Part shown: in pieces, positions 1 through 10,055 of the stretch
Numbering within the stretch: the stretch's first letter is position 1
Layout: each line of letters starts with the position of its first letter
From: a virus
Strand: one strand, 5' to 3'
Length of the DNA: 64,000 bases
IMG/VR virus record: IMGVR_UViG_3300045135_002262
Coordinates: 1-64,000 of that record
The notes under the pieces: model-generated
What the model was told of the DNA's origin: nothing
The model's input: the letters and a program-made list of their open reading frames with translations, nothing else
Database searches by the model: none
Program-made: the position numbers and the translations under genes

Positions 1-1437
1 ACCTTGTAAACCTTGTGGGCCTTGAGCACCTTGGTCACCAGTATCTCCTTTAAGACCTTGAGCACCTTGGTCACCTGCAAGACCTTGTAAACCTTGTGGG
101 CCTTGAGCACCTTGGTCACCTGTAAGACCTTGTAAACCTTGAGCACCTTGGTCACCGGTATCTCCTTTAAGACCTTGAGCACCTTGGTCACCTGTAAGAC
201 CTTGTAAACCTTGTGGGCCTTGAGCACCTTGAGCACCTGGAATACCATCCAGACCATCTGTACCGGCAGAACCTTGTACACCCGATGGACCTATAGCAAA
301 GTATGTAAAACAAAATGTCTCATTAATGCTTGGGAATCCGTTTGACTCATTTTGTGTAATATTAAATTCATATACAAGAATACCACTAGTATTAAATGTA
401 TTTTTACCTGTAATTTGAACCGATTTATATGTTGTACTTGAAATATTAATTGATTCAAAACGTAAAAGTGAACCAACCGTAAAAGCATCTAATGTATTAC
501 TAATATCATTCCCTAAAGAATCTTCTGAAGCTATGTATATTTTAGTCGGAGTTGATGCCCATGCAGCATTTAATCTAAAATTACCATTTGATATACCAAG
601 ACCCGATTGGCTAGTATCATCAAAGGTACTAACAAATAAACATGCTGGCTGTCCTGGGTCACCCGGGTCACCCGCTGAACCTGCAGGACCTTGAAAACCT
701 TGAAAACCTCTATCGCCTTGATCACCTTTAGGCCCGACTGGACCTGTAACACCTTGTGGACCTGTTGGCCCTGGATTACCTAAGTTACCTTGTGGTCCGA
801 CTGGACCTGTAACACCTTGTGGACCTGGAGCACCTGCGCCGCCCTGATCACCTGTTGCACCTTGTGGCCCAACTGGACCTGTAACACCTTGTGGACCTGG
901 AGCACCTGCGCCGCCCTGATCACCTGTTGCACCTTGTGGCCCAACTGGACCTGTAACACCTTGTGGACCCGTTGGCCCAGGGTTACCTGTTGCACCCTGA
1001 TCACCTGCTGCACCTTGTGCGCCTGTTGCACCTTGTGCGCCTGTTGCACCCTGATCACCCTTGTCTCCTTTAATACCTTGGTCGCCTTGAGCACCTGCAG
1101 GACCTTGATAACCTTGTGCACCTTGTGCACCACCGCCACCTGAAGCAATACCTGGAACCCAGACATAGTCACCAACTTGACAGCCTTCATCAATCAATAA
1201 TTGATCAGCTGCAGTAACCTGATATAATTTTAATACTTTATCTACATCGTTAGTTAAGTCCATTTCACCTTCTGGACCTGTACCCATAACTCTGTAACCT
1301 TTAATGATTTCACCAATCAAATCAAGGTTATAATCCATTTCTGGATGCGTCAACGCTCGGCCAATATCATGTGGATAATTTGGCTCGAAATAACCATTTG
1401 GGTCTTGGCGAAACTGATCTAAATCCCCGTGAGACAT
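1..1437 (-). CDS. Collagen-like (Gly-X-Y) repeat protein, probable tail/virion fibre; 3' end runs off the window
   Basis: Missing from the ORF track. ATG at 1437 overlaps the upstream TAA (TAATG). The frame reads [15 protein letters not shown]... then long GAQGPQGDQG triplet blocks around a globular insert (~241-660), which was checked and has no stops. Confidence 0.9.
   Translation of the reverse strand, partial: MSHGDLDQFRQDPNGYFEPNYPHDIGRALTHPEMDYNLDLIGEIIKGYRVMGTGPEGEMDLTNDVDKVLKLYQVTAADQLLIDEGCQVGDYVWVPGIASGGGGAQGAQGYQGPAGAQGDQGIKGDKGDQGATGAQGATGAQGAAGDQGATGNPGPTGPQGVTGPVGPQGATGDQGGAGAPGPQGVTGPVGPQGATGDQGGAGAPGPQGVTGPVGPQGNLGNPGPTGPQGVTGPVGPKGDQGDRGFQGFQGPAGSAGDPGDPGQPACLFVSTFDDTSQSGLGISNGNFRLNAAWASTPTKIYIASEDSLGNDISNTLDAFTVGSLLRFESINISSTTYKSVQITGKNTFNTSGILVYEFNITQNESNGFPSINETFCFTYFAIGPSGVQGSAGTDGLDGIPGAQGAQGPQGLQGLTGDQGAQGLKGDTGDQGAQGLQGLTGDQGAQGPQGLQGLAGDQGAQGLKGDTGDQGAQGPQGLQG
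800..969. repeat. Exact 72-bp tandem repeat (~2.3 copies) within the collagen-coding region
   Basis: Unit tggacctgtaacaccttgtggacc...ggcccaac begins at 802, 874 and 946. Confidence 0.9.
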
Positions 1438-1973
1438 TACGTGTGCTTATATTTTTTATATAGTTCAATAATTCTATTCAATGCGTCATTAAAGTAAACT
1501 TCAATGTAACCACAATCTATATATGCCCATTGATCTTGGATGTATTCTGTAATTATTAAGTCATTAAATTCTTTTAAGACTTTTAAGAACTCACCCATGT
1601 AAGAACTATTTAAAATTTGCATACTGGCTTTATTAATATTTGTAGAGTCAGTAACAAATGTGCGATTTCTATTAATTATAAAGTTTTTATTAGATGTTGA
1701 ACCATCTTTTGCAAACTCAGATGTTACATTAAAACTTTTTAATTCATAAAGATTTAATGGATAACATTCTGGTTCATCTACGTTTGTTAGCGGTGCATAT
1801 TGATTAATGTATTGTCTTAATGCACTAACGCTTGCAAATGCTGTTAAACCTTTTGTTGCTCTTGTTGACTTAGACATTACAGACAGCTCGATAGAGTCAA
1901 TCTTACCTTCGTTGGCTTCAAATTGCTCTAAGTATAAAGCTAATAGATTTAATGAAATTCTGTCTGTAATCAT
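1437..1973 (-). CDS. Hypothetical protein
   Basis: 178-aa ORF coupled to both neighbours by 1-nt stop/start overlaps. Confidence 0.7.
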   Translation of the reverse strand: MITDRISLNLLALYLEQFEANEGKIDSIELSVMSKSTRATKGLTAFASVSALRQYINQYAPLTNVDEPECYPLNLYELKSFNVTSEFAKDGSTSNKNFIINRNRTFVTDSTNINKASMQILNSSYMGEFLKVLKEFNDLIITEYIQDQWAYIDCGYIEVYFNDALNRIIELYKKYKHT

Positions 1974-2359
1974 TATGAACCTAAGTATTTGTTTAAGAAG
2001 AATGTAATAACACCACCAAGCGCTGTTAATAAAGCCACGCCAAATTTAGTAGCATTAGATTTAAAACGAACTAAAGCTTTATGTTCTTCAATTAATTCAT
2101 TGTATTCCTTTTCTCTTTCTTCTCTACCCTGTCTATATTCAGTATTCTTATTAGTTGCTACAATAACGCCATCATTAGGATCTAAAAGAGTTTTCTTTAA
2201 ATCTCTTAACTCTTTTTTCATATCCATCTGATTTTCCATAAGTTGCGTTAACGTATTCTCAACTTGAATAAAATTAGGGTCTTCCATCCTATTTTTAAAC
2301 GATGAAAATAGGCTGTATAACTCTTCAATTAGTTCTTTTGGTGTCTTATCTTGTTGCAT
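1973..2359 (-). CDS. Coiled-coil protein with C-terminal transmembrane helix
   Basis: Heptad-rich body, hydrophobic FGVALLTALGGVITFFL; late motif upstream. Confidence 0.7.
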   Translation of the reverse strand: MQQDKTPKELIEELYSLFSSFKNRMEDPNFIQVENTLTQLMENQMDMKKELRDLKKTLLDPNDGVIVATNKNTEYRQGREEREKEYNELIEEHKALVRFKSNATKFGVALLTALGGVITFFLNKYLGS

Positions 2360-2368
2360 ATATAAAAA

Positions 2369-2409
2369 AGGTCTATTTAGTCTCTATATATATCAGACTA
2401 AATAGACCT
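2369..2409 (-). promoter_or_regulatory. 15-bp inverted repeat (terminator-like) with a GATATATA late-promoter motif in its loop
   Basis: aggtctatttagtct-ctatatatatc-agactaaatagacct. Confidence 0.6.
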
Positions 2410-2432
2410 CTTGTTCTTTTAAGCTATGTAAA

Positions 2433-3098
2433 TTAAGAACCTGAGAACGTGTCGAACTCTACCTTATTTTTAGTAGCTTTAATATATGCTTTATGTGCTT
2501 TCTTTTTATCAGAATCTGAAAGCTTATCATATAAATCTTTTAAATTTTGTGCCTGGTCTTGACCCTTCTTATACGCTCTGCTATCATCAGAATATTGATG
2601 TGTAGAATCAAAGCTATTTACAGCAGCAATATAACGATCTAAATCAGAAACATATTTGTTTAAGAAATATTGCTGAATTTCGTATTCAGACGACTTTTTC
2701 TTGTTTAAATACCATTCCCAATGTGATAGATATGGGCCAATCTTATATGCATGAATAAGATCTTTACCTTTACCTACAACTTCGATTTCCCATTTAATAC
2801 CTTTATCCGAAGATTGATCAGTAAAATTTACATCTTTTAAATTATCTGAAATACCTGCGTATGTGAAAAGATTAATGATTTGCTGTCTTAAATCGTCTTC
2901 AACAAAAGATTCTGCATTGTCTCTATTCTTATAATCAGAATATTTTTGATACTTCTCGTAAGTCATAACATATTTTGATTCATCAATACCCATTGTAGTT
3001 GAGCCGTAATGTGCAATCCACTCTTCACGAGTCATGCCATGAAGTGCAGCTTGTTGACCTAAAAAGTCGTAATTGTTATATTCTTTAATATGCTTCAT
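2433..3098 (-). CDS. Hypothetical protein with MKHIKEYNNY N-terminus (capsid-targeting-like motif)
   Basis: 221-aa ORF directly downstream of 3104-3379. Confidence 0.7.
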   Translation of the reverse strand: MKHIKEYNNYDFLGQQAALHGMTREEWIAHYGSTTMGIDESKYVMTYEKYQKYSDYKNRDNAESFVEDDLRQQIINLFTYAGISDNLKDVNFTDQSSDKGIKWEIEVVGKGKDLIHAYKIGPYLSHWEWYLNKKKSSEYEIQQYFLNKYVSDLDRYIAAVNSFDSTHQYSDDSRAYKKGQDQAQNLKDLYDKLSDSDKKKAHKAYIKATKNKVEFDTFSGS

Positions 3099-3103
3099 GT
3101 TAA

Positions 3104-3379
3104 TTACATGTATAATTGTCGATCGTGGATGATTTCATTCGTTAAATCATAATGTTGATCATTTAAACTATCAAGCTCTTCATCGGTTAATTCACGACCT
3201 TTATGATCTTCTGCATACGAGAAAAATGCATCCGTAAAATCAGGATAGTCTCTCATATCAATATCTTCAATCTCAACAGTTGAAAGATCTACTTTGATTT
3301 TCTTACCATTATGCTTAACATCAACTAAATTCTTTCTAGCTTCGTTAACAAAAGATTCAAATGTTTTAAGATTTTTCAT
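3104..3379 (-). CDS. Small acidic protein with MKNLKTFESFVNE N-terminus; putative head-internal protein
   Basis: N-terminal motif; AATATATA at 3405-3412. Confidence 0.7.
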   Translation of the reverse strand: MKNLKTFESFVNEARKNLVDVKHNGKKIKVDLSTVEIEDIDMRDYPDFTDAFFSYAEDHKGRELTDEELDSLNDQHYDLTNEIIHDRQLYM

Positions 3380-3399
3380 AGTTTAGTTATATGTTTATA

Positions 3400-3906
3400 T
3401 TAATTATATATTCCTAGTTCTTGTTCAACTTTTGCCCAGTATCTTTCGGTTCTAGATTTTTTATAACCACTAGGCCCGCCATTCCAATTTCTTGCAATAG
3501 TTTCAAAGTTATCATCATCGTGATGGAACTCTTTCCAAATTATAAACATCTCGATTGACTTTTCCCTATCATACCTATCAGATAGTTTAAACCTAATCTT
3601 AGACTTCTTAAGCTTTAAGATACGGTTTACTTCACGAACCATAATTGGACGAATCTGAAGTGCTCCAACAGCCTCACCGCCTTTAATATGTCTATCGCCT
3701 ATTGCAGAATCATTACCTCTAGATTCTACCTGGATTAGTGCATTAATGAATTGATCTTCATTAATTATATTCTTGATTGGCTTTGGTTTTACTTTTATAG
3801 TTTCTACAGGAATTCTAGTAAACTCAAAGCTTGATTTTTGATTTTCATAGTCACTTGCTGAAATAAAACAAATACTAGTGAAAAATAATATAAAAAGTCG
3901 TTTCAT
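3400..3906 (-). CDS. Lysozyme-like / lytic transglycosylase with signal peptide
   Basis: ALIQVES (catalytic Glu), AVGALQI, ARNWNGGP; MKRLFILFF leader. Confidence 0.75.
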   Translation of the reverse strand: MKRLFILFFTSICFISASDYENQKSSFEFTRIPVETIKVKPKPIKNIINEDQFINALIQVESRGNDSAIGDRHIKGGEAVGALQIRPIMVREVNRILKLKKSKIRFKLSDRYDREKSIEMFIIWKEFHHDDDNFETIARNWNGGPSGYKKSRTERYWAKVEQELGIYN

Positions 3907-3929
3907 AACTATTATCAATCGTTACTCTA

Positions 3930-3961
3930 CTAATATACAAAAAAAACCTGAGATAAAAAAA
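3930..3961 (-). promoter_or_regulatory. Class I (early, host-sigma-like) promoter
   Basis: TTTTTTTATCTC...TTTTGTATATTAG; one of nine copies of the motif. Confidence 0.7.
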
Positions 3962-3986
3962 TCTCAGGTTAATTATTTTTAGATTT

Positions 3987-4247
3987 TTATCTAAAATCTT
4001 TCAAATCTTTATGATCTGGTGCATCTCTAAGTTCTGTTGGATCTTCACTTGGTATTTGTGGATGTCCATCTGTTGGTTTTGGTCCTACAACGTCGTCAGT
4101 GTAAATAACACCTCCGCCGCCTGAACCACCATTACCAGATCCAGATCCTGAGCCAGAAGACTTCTTAGATTTTTTATTGCTTTTAATAAATAAAAATACA
4201 CCAATAGCGATTGCCGCTAATAATATGATTGCTTTCATTTTATACAA
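3987..4247 (-). CDS. Small membrane-anchored protein with Gly/Ser linker
   Basis: N-terminal TM helix, Lys-rich patch, GSGSGSGNGG. Confidence 0.65.
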   Translation of the reverse strand: MYKMKAIILLAAIAIGVFLFIKSNKKSKKSSGSGSGSGNGGSGGGGVIYTDDVVGPKPTDGHPQIPSEDPTELRDAPDHKDLKDFR

Positions 4248-4284
4248 TTATGTTTAGGCAGTGGCTTTATTGCCACTTGATATT

Positions 4285-4842
4285 CTATTTGCTAGGATCA
4301 TAGTCATAGTAATATAAGATATCATTAATCTTATATTCTGTTTCTATGATTTCACATATATGATTAGCCCAAACATCATCCTCACCAATCGACACATCAT
4401 TGTATTTAACTTTGATTGCGTTCTCTCTCCTGTGAGCCATCAAATGATTCGGTCTTCTATAGTATGCAGTTTCATCTTGACCATACTTATTCTGTAGACC
4501 GTAATTTACTAATTTAGATTCACGACCAGGTTCTGAATACATTCCGTTAAATGTAACCACATCTGGTTTATTTGATATAATAGCATTTAATATCTTATTG
4601 ACATAGTTATCTGATACTCTATCGTCATCATCAACAAATGCTACATATTCTCCTTGTGCAATTTTAATTGCATCATTTCTTTTCCTGCCCGTAGTGCGCT
4701 TCTTATTATCAGTTAAAACTATAATTTCAACAGGAAGACCCTCAACTTGAGGTTCTAATGATTTAAGAAGCTTCGGTAAAAACGTATTAACTCTTTCAGG
4801 TATTGATAAAATCAATATCGAAAGATAAATATGTTCTTTCAT
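4285..4842 (-). CDS. Glycosyltransferase family 2
   Basis: GRKRN..IKIAQGEYVAFVDDDD and GED motifs. Confidence 0.85.
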   Translation of the reverse strand: MKEHIYLSILILSIPERVNTFLPKLLKSLEPQVEGLPVEIIVLTDNKKRTTGRKRNDAIKIAQGEYVAFVDDDDRVSDNYVNKILNAIISNKPDVVTFNGMYSEPGRESKLVNYGLQNKYGQDETAYYRRPNHLMAHRRENAIKVKYNDVSIGEDDVWANHICEIIETEYKINDILYYYDYDPSK

Positions 4843-4843
4843 A

Positions 4844-5035
4844 TTAAAGCCCGTATTTGTCTTTTAACTCGTCTTCTTTGCTTGTATCAACTGGTGTTCT
4901 ATCTACAACAATAGTTCTACCTTTACCGCTTGGTTTAGTAGTTTTCTTTTTGCTATCTGTAACCATTACACCAAAGCGATATGCAATAAAACCAAATACT
5001 GCAACAGCTAATCCAACAATTAAATAATCCATCAT
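4844..5035 (-). CDS. Small membrane-anchored protein
   Basis: N-terminal TM helix then Lys-rich tail; same layout as 3987-4247. Confidence 0.6.
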   Translation of the reverse strand: MMDYLIVGLAVAVFGFIAYRFGVMVTDSKKKTTKPSGKGRTIVVDRTPVDTSKEDELKDKYGL

Positions 5036-5041
5036 ATTACG

Positions 5042-6232
5042 TTAAGCTTTTTTTAGGTTTTTATCATGTCCGCCATCTCTGACTTCTTTTGCTACATCTG
5101 AATCAGCACCACCCCAAGTTCCTGGTTGTTTAGTCAAGAATGAATTTACTCTTGCATAACCCCATTGTTGTTGAGTTGCACCAGGTCTGTGACCTGATTT
5201 CCAGGCTGCCATACCTCTACGCATTACAATTCTTAATAATGCAATAGGCACACCTGTTTCTTCTGATTTCTTTTTTAATGCGGATTCGATTGCTGAATCA
5301 TCAATCTTACCCCTGTCACCTTCAGCTTTCTCTTCAACAACTAAAGATTCCATCATAGATTTAAATATGTTAATTGCAACTTTGTGCTTTTTACCTTTTA
5401 ATTCATATTCTACAAAATCCTTTGAACCAGGTTTTTTAATATAGTTAGTAATCCTAACATCCATCATTTCGTAACGGTTTGATTTAGGATTGTATTTCTT
5501 AATAGCTACAACTTTACCAACTCTAACACTTTCATTAGTTGTTGATTCATCAGTCTCTTCACCGTATAATTCATGATATGACTTTACATGCTTAGATGTT
5601 TTAACCTTACCTTTTTCTCTGGCTTCTTTATCACCTGGCATTTCTTTATAAGCTTCTGGATCATCGTCATCCATTTTAGCCTGTTTCTTGATTTGATCTT
5701 CTTTATCTTCCTCTTCTTCTTTATCAAGACCTGTCATATATGCATCTGGTCCTGGTTTAGCATCAGCTTCTTGAACTGCAAAGTCATATTTCTTTAAGAT
5801 TGGAGTAATTGCATCCTTGATTGCAGCTTTAAGCTCTTCTTTCATTTTAGGACTTGTTCTATAGCCAAACCCGTCACTTACCATTCTAGATACAACATCT
5901 TTCATGATTAGCAATATTCTTTCGTTAACTTGTTCTGATTCTTTTAATAGATCTTCGCGACCTAATTGTTTGTAAACTTCTTTTCTAGTTCTTTCCATCT
6001 TATCTGCGTATTCAGGATCTTCGTTACGATTAAAAACAACTTGTTGAGTTAATGAACCACTGATCTTTTTTAAATCTTTTTTACGAGTCTTAATTAACCA
6101 TGCTGCTAAATCTTTTGGAGATAAATCTCTAAATCTACCTTCAGCATCTGGCGCATCTGAATGATGAAATTCAGGGGCACCAGCCGGCTTCTTTTCATTC
6201 ATAAAGTTATCGTATGACTCTAAATGTTCCAT
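5042..6232 (-). CDS. Multidomain putative virion-internal protein with C-terminal DUF5824-like domain
   Basis: MEHLESYDNFMNE N-terminus; C-terminal RRGMAAWKSGHRPGATQQQWGYARVNSF; late motif at 6237-6244. Confidence 0.7.
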   Translation of the reverse strand: MEHLESYDNFMNEKKPAGAPEFHHSDAPDAEGRFRDLSPKDLAAWLIKTRKKDLKKISGSLTQQVVFNRNEDPEYADKMERTRKEVYKQLGREDLLKESEQVNERILLIMKDVVSRMVSDGFGYRTSPKMKEELKAAIKDAITPILKKYDFAVQEADAKPGPDAYMTGLDKEEEEDKEDQIKKQAKMDDDDPEAYKEMPGDKEAREKGKVKTSKHVKSYHELYGEETDESTTNESVRVGKVVAIKKYNPKSNRYEMMDVRITNYIKKPGSKDFVEYELKGKKHKVAINIFKSMMESLVVEEKAEGDRGKIDDSAIESALKKKSEETGVPIALLRIVMRRGMAAWKSGHRPGATQQQWGYARVNSFLTKQPGTWGGADSDVAKEVRDGGHDKNLKKA

Positions 6233-6247
6233 TTATTATATATTCAG

Positions 6248-6595
6248 CTATTTTTGAGCGTAACGAACCATTTTATCGATATACTTAAGGTTCTTATTCT
6301 TAACAAAGCCAAATCCTCTATAAAACTTTTCTAATCTTTTAACTGAAGTAGCGCCAAAATCAGTTGTTGGAGTTAATCTGATATCTTTACCTTCTGCATC
6401 TGCTCTTGCGATAATTCTTTGCATAGCTTCCGTGCCAACGCCCGAACCTCTTAAATTCTTAGGCACTTCGATCTTACCAAGCTCAAAGTAATCACCATTA
6501 TCCCATAAATCAAGCACTATGCCAAGCTCTTGTTCTAAGTCTTGCATGATATAACCTTCGTTTATAAATTTTTCAAATGTTTCAATATATCTCAT
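6248..6595 (-). CDS. GNAT-family N-acetyltransferase (start moved to MRYIETFEKFINE)
   Basis: IEVPKNLRGSGVGT acetyl-CoA motif A; FYRGFGF; late motif at 6600-6607. Confidence 0.85.
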   Translation of the reverse strand: MRYIETFEKFINEGYIMQDLEQELGIVLDLWDNGDYFELGKIEVPKNLRGSGVGTEAMQRIIARADAEGKDIRLTPTTDFGATSVKRLEKFYRGFGFVKNKNLKYIDKMVRYAQK

Positions 6596-6611
6596 ACCAT
6601 ATATATTCAAT

Positions 6612-6638
6612 AAAAAAATGCAGCCGTTAGACTGCATT
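6612..6638 (-). terminator. Intrinsic terminator
   Basis: Minus-strand AATGCAG-TCTAACGG-CTGCATT hairpin followed by a T run. Confidence 0.65.
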
Positions 6639-6652
6639 CTTAGTTTTTGCTT

Positions 6653-6826
6653 TTACGCTGGACCGCCAACTCCAAATAAAGCCAAGTCTTGATCTTCTGA
6701 CTCATAAAGATCATCTTCTAATAACACATCAAAAATTGTGCTATCAATAAGACTCCCTGTATACAACAGCTCCTCTCTTCTTGGTTCACTTGACGAAGTC
6801 GGGCCAACTTCGTTAATGAACACCAT
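6653..6826 (-). CDS. 57-aa acidic peptide (not in ORF track)
   Basis: MVFINEVGPTSSSEPRREELLYTGSLIDSTIFDVLLEDDLYESEDQDLALFGVGGPA; promoter-like region upstream, terminator downstream. Confidence 0.55.
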   Translation of the reverse strand: MVFINEVGPTSSSEPRREELLYTGSLIDSTIFDVLLEDDLYESEDQDLALFGVGGPA

Positions 6827-6922
6827 AATTAATAAGGTTTTTGATTTTGTAGATTAGTCTACATATTATATATTGTAAATATAAAATATGTTTATTAAAA
6901 TTTCTAACAAATTATTAAAAAT

Positions 6923-7243
6923 TTATAACTTATTTTCTCTTTCTTTAGGAAGTGACTTTTCAATGTTTAAAGTCCAAATTCTATCGTTAGGCACGATGAA
7001 TTTTCTATGGTGGTCATAGACATAAAATACGGTTTTATAAACAGACTGGCGCACAATTCTAGCCTTCTTAACACCGTTAATATAAACAATATCATCTACG
7101 TTAAAATCATTGCCAACTAAGAACATAAGACCTTGCCAGAATTTACTGACCGCATCTTTAAATGCTACAGAGCCAATCGCAGCTGCAATTAACCAACCCC
7201 ATTTACCTAATATTGTTTCAATTATCTGTTGATATTCTGTCAT
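6923..7243 (-). CDS. Minimal MscS-like (TM plus beta-domain) protein
   Basis: AFKDAVSKFWQGLMFL..DFNVDDIVYING..IVPN pattern. Confidence 0.65.
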   Translation of the reverse strand: MTEYQQIIETILGKWGWLIAAAIGSVAFKDAVSKFWQGLMFLVGNDFNVDDIVYINGVKKARIVRQSVYKTVFYVYDHHRKFIVPNDRIWTLNIEKSLPKERENKL

Positions 7244-8054
7244 CCCAGTAAGACTTAAAGTCTGCTATTTTTCCTTTGTATCTTCTAATCTTATTTAAAC
7301 GCTCGTCTTCTTCATCAATTTGTTGAGTTGCGTTTTCTTCTTGATTAGATTCAACCTCTTTATTACCGATTGTTTTAGATTCATAAATACCTAGATCTAC
7401 AAACCTAGACATCCATTGACCCAACATCTTGCCGTATTCTAAATCAGATGGATAATGTAATCCACCAACAAATCTAGATTTAGCAACTTTATCAGCTTTT
7501 TTAATTAGTTTTTCTTTTAGCTCAGGATATAATTGTGCTAAAACTTCAGCAATCAATCGGCTTTGAGTTGCATGACCTGATGGAAAGCTTGGAGATTTGG
7601 CAGTATATGTATGTTGTGTTTGCATATCAATACCTAGAACTGGAGCTAATTGCCATGGTCTTGGTCTGTTGTGCTTATACTTAAATCTTAAAAGTATTTC
7701 ACTCGATTCAATTAAAAGATCATTAATAAGTTTTGGATCTACACTGTAGCCAGCCTTCTCTACAATCTTTACAAAATGAGCTATGATTACTTCATCTTCA
7801 TTATACTTCTCCATAAACTTGCTTTGAGCTTCAGGACCCATTAAATCAATAGTATTTTTCATATCTACTAATTCTCTATAAGTCTGTGCTGAAGTGTTTC
7901 TTGGTGGAATCTGTAAAGGTGCGTCTTCTGGATCACACTTAATCAAATTATTAACCAATGGAATATTCAGGCGCTCTCCATGATTACCTCTCGGTGTTTC
8001 AGAAAAGACCATTCTATCAATCTCAAAATCAGAATATGGTTTCACAAATCTCAT
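7218..8054 (-). CDS. PAP2 / acid phosphatase / vanadium haloperoxidase superfamily protein
   Basis: KYKHNRPRP, SFPSGH and SRFVGGLHYPSD motifs. Confidence 0.9.
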   Translation of the reverse strand: MRFVKPYSDFEIDRMVFSETPRGNHGERLNIPLVNNLIKCDPEDAPLQIPPRNTSAQTYRELVDMKNTIDLMGPEAQSKFMEKYNEDEVIIAHFVKIVEKAGYSVDPKLINDLLIESSEILLRFKYKHNRPRPWQLAPVLGIDMQTQHTYTAKSPSFPSGHATQSRLIAEVLAQLYPELKEKLIKKADKVAKSRFVGGLHYPSDLEYGKMLGQWMSRFVDLGIYESKTIGNKEVESNQEENATQQIDEEDERLNKIRRYKGKIADFKSYWDDRISTDN

Positions 8055-8057
8055 TAA

Positions 8058-8273
8058 TTATATATCATTAGTGCGCTCTCCTATTAGTTGATACGCTTCA
8101 TAAAGAGTTGTTAAGGCCTGATCTACTTTCTTAGAAACTTCTTTATCTAATTTACAAACCGGATGCTGTAAAAGATTATTATCAATGTTTTCACAAATTA
8201 TATGTGTGCGATCTAAAGCTTCATGCCAATGAAACTGATCTAGCATTTCTAAGATTTGTTTGTTTTTAGCCAT
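8058..8273 (-). CDS. Hypothetical protein
   Basis: 71-aa ORF in the operon downstream of thyA. Confidence 0.6.
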   Translation of the reverse strand: MAKNKQILEMLDQFHWHEALDRTHIICENIDNNLLQHPVCKLDKEVSKKVDQALTTLYEAYQLIGERTNDI

Positions 8274-8387
8274 TTGTTTGCATTAGTCTAATGATATTCT
8301 TAAACTCTTCAATCTCTTCTTCGGATCCATCATTTTGCTGTAGCCATGCAAGATGTGATTGCATTACTAATAATTCTTCTGACATAA

Positions 8388-9311
8388 TTAATTGCTCAAC
8401 GGAGCTTTAATAGTTGGGTGTGATTCATAACCAATAACTTCATAATCAAATTCGCCTGCCAATAAATTTACATTAGTAAACTTTACGGTTGGTAGATCAT
8501 AAGGCTGTCTGCTAATCTGTTCTTTAGCTTGGTCCACATGATTTTTGTATAAATGTGTATCTCCTAAGTTACCGATAAGTTTATCAGGGATCATATCTAC
8601 TTCTTGTGCGATTAAGCATAGTAATGCTGCATAGCTAGCAATATTAAATGGAAGCCCTAAGAATGTATCAACAGATCTTTGATTCCACATTAATGATAGG
8701 TATCTTTTACCATCTCTAACTTGTGTATACATTTGGAATCCATAGTGACACGGCGGTAGAACCATTTCTGGAATTGCTCCTACGTTCCAAGCGTTAACCA
8801 TTAGTCTTCTTGAATCTGGATTGTCTTTAAGCTGTTCAATCAAATATGCAATTTGATCAGACCAAACATATTCACCATCATATTGTGATTCATCTTTAAC
8901 CAACCAATGACGCCATTGTGCTCCGTAGATAGGACCAAGTTCTCCCCACTTATTAGCAAACTTATCATTAGTTTTAATTAATTCTATAAACTCTTCTTCA
9001 GTTTCAAAGTGGTCATGTGGAACTTGTTTCATACGATAATTCTTGTATGCATCACCATTCCAAATGTTACATCCATTCTCGACCAAATACTTGATGTTGG
9101 TATCTCCTTTTAAGAACCATTTTAATTCAGTCATCATTGTTTTGACTGCCATTTTCTTTGTGGTTAATAAAGGAAAACCATCTGCCATGTTATGTGTAAT
9201 TTGATGGCCAAAACGAGATATGGTTCCAGTGCCAGTGCGGTCTTCTTTTTCCACACCATTATATAATATTTCAGCCAGCAATCCCTTGTATTGCTCGTCT
9301 AATCGATTCAT
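8388..9311 (-). CDS. thyA: Thymidylate synthase
   Basis: DRTGTGT, FPLLTTKK, GPIYG, DSRRL, LPPCH, QRSVD.FLGLPFN, GDTHLY. Confidence 0.97.
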   Translation of the reverse strand: MNRLDEQYKGLLAEILYNGVEKEDRTGTGTISRFGHQITHNMADGFPLLTTKKMAVKTMMTELKWFLKGDTNIKYLVENGCNIWNGDAYKNYRMKQVPHDHFETEEEFIELIKTNDKFANKWGELGPIYGAQWRHWLVKDESQYDGEYVWSDQIAYLIEQLKDNPDSRRLMVNAWNVGAIPEMVLPPCHYGFQMYTQVRDGKRYLSLMWNQRSVDTFLGLPFNIASYAALLCLIAQEVDMIPDKLIGNLGDTHLYKNHVDQAKEQISRQPYDLPTVKFTNVNLLAGEFDYEVIGYESHPTIKAPLSN

Positions 9312-9330
9312 AAGTTATAAGTATTTAAAA

Positions 9331-9359
9331 GTTATATTGGTAAAACTTAAACAGTTTCA
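9331..9359 (-). promoter_or_regulatory. Class II promoter TGAAAC-N17-TATAAC upstream of thyA
   Basis: One of 11 copies with exact TGAAAC and a 17-18 bp spacer. Confidence 0.7.
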
Positions 9360-9655
9360 TCTTCAATATCACTATCTAACTTATCAATATTATGTTCTTC
9401 GTTGAATTTTTCAAGCTCTTGTTCTAATTCATTAACCCTCCATTCAAAATCAAATAATTCCTCAGATGAGGCTTTACCTTTTTTGTGTAATTTCTTAATC
9501 TTGGAAAGATCTCTTTGAGCTTCATTTAGCATGCGAATGATCTCGCGCTCGCCGGTAGTTACGCTCTCGATTGAAAGCTGATGTTTTTGTTTTGCTTTAC
9601 AAATATCAAATGATATACTAGGAAAGCAGTCTATAAATTTTTCAATTAAATCCAT
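9347..9655 (-). CDS. Hypothetical coiled-coil protein
   Basis: 102-aa ORF; late motif at 9698-9705. Confidence 0.6.
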   Translation of the reverse strand: MDLIEKFIDCFPSISFDICKAKQKHQLSIESVTTGEREIIRMLNEAQRDLSKIKKLHKKGKASSEELFDFEWRVNELEQELEKFNEEHNIDKLDSDIEDETV

Positions 9656-9725
9656 AATTGTATGCTTTATATTTACTATTACAATAATAATATAATCTAT
9701 ATATCAGTAGAATGCTCCAAAAACT

Positions 9726-9750
9726 AAAAAAGCCACCGGACGGTGGCTTT
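9726..9750 (-). terminator. Intrinsic terminator
   Basis: AAAGCCACC-GTCC-GGTGGCTTTTT on the minus strand. Confidence 0.75.
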
Positions 9751-9772
9751 GTTTAAATCTAATCGGGGTTGA

Positions 9773-10000
9773 TTAGATTGTACCTGGACGCAATACGTCG
9801 ATTGAACGCGCCAATAGTACAGAGTCTCTCACAGACAATCTGCCTGTTTGTTGAGCTACTTGAGCTGCTTGGATAAGCACGTTAATTGCTTGATCTTGCG
9901 ACATACCTTCAGCCTCTTCGAAAACTGGAGTTGTTGGTAGGTTTGCATCAGCAGTTTCTGCTGTGTTAACTGTTTGTTCTTGAACTTGTGTTTCAGTCAT
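9773..10000 (-). CDS. Hypothetical protein
   Basis: 75-aa ORF bracketed by a class II-like promoter and a terminator. Confidence 0.7.
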   Translation of the reverse strand: MTETQVQEQTVNTAETADANLPTTPVFEEAEGMSQDQAINVLIQAAQVAQQTGRLSVRDSVLLARSIDVLRPGTI

Positions 10001-10055
10001 TTTAATAAATTTAAATTAATTAATCTGACTATTATACATGTTAATTTTAAAAAGT

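Noticed and set aside
291-1193. Track ORFs 291-488, 570-752, 780-1193 and the Cys/Trp-rich 790-1143 (+), which looks RiPP-like
   Set aside because: They are alternative-frame or antisense shadows of the Gly-X-Y gene 1-1437.
8388-9311. Group I intron or intein in thyA (as in T4 td)
   Set aside because: The ORF is continuous with all motifs and has only a short insertion.
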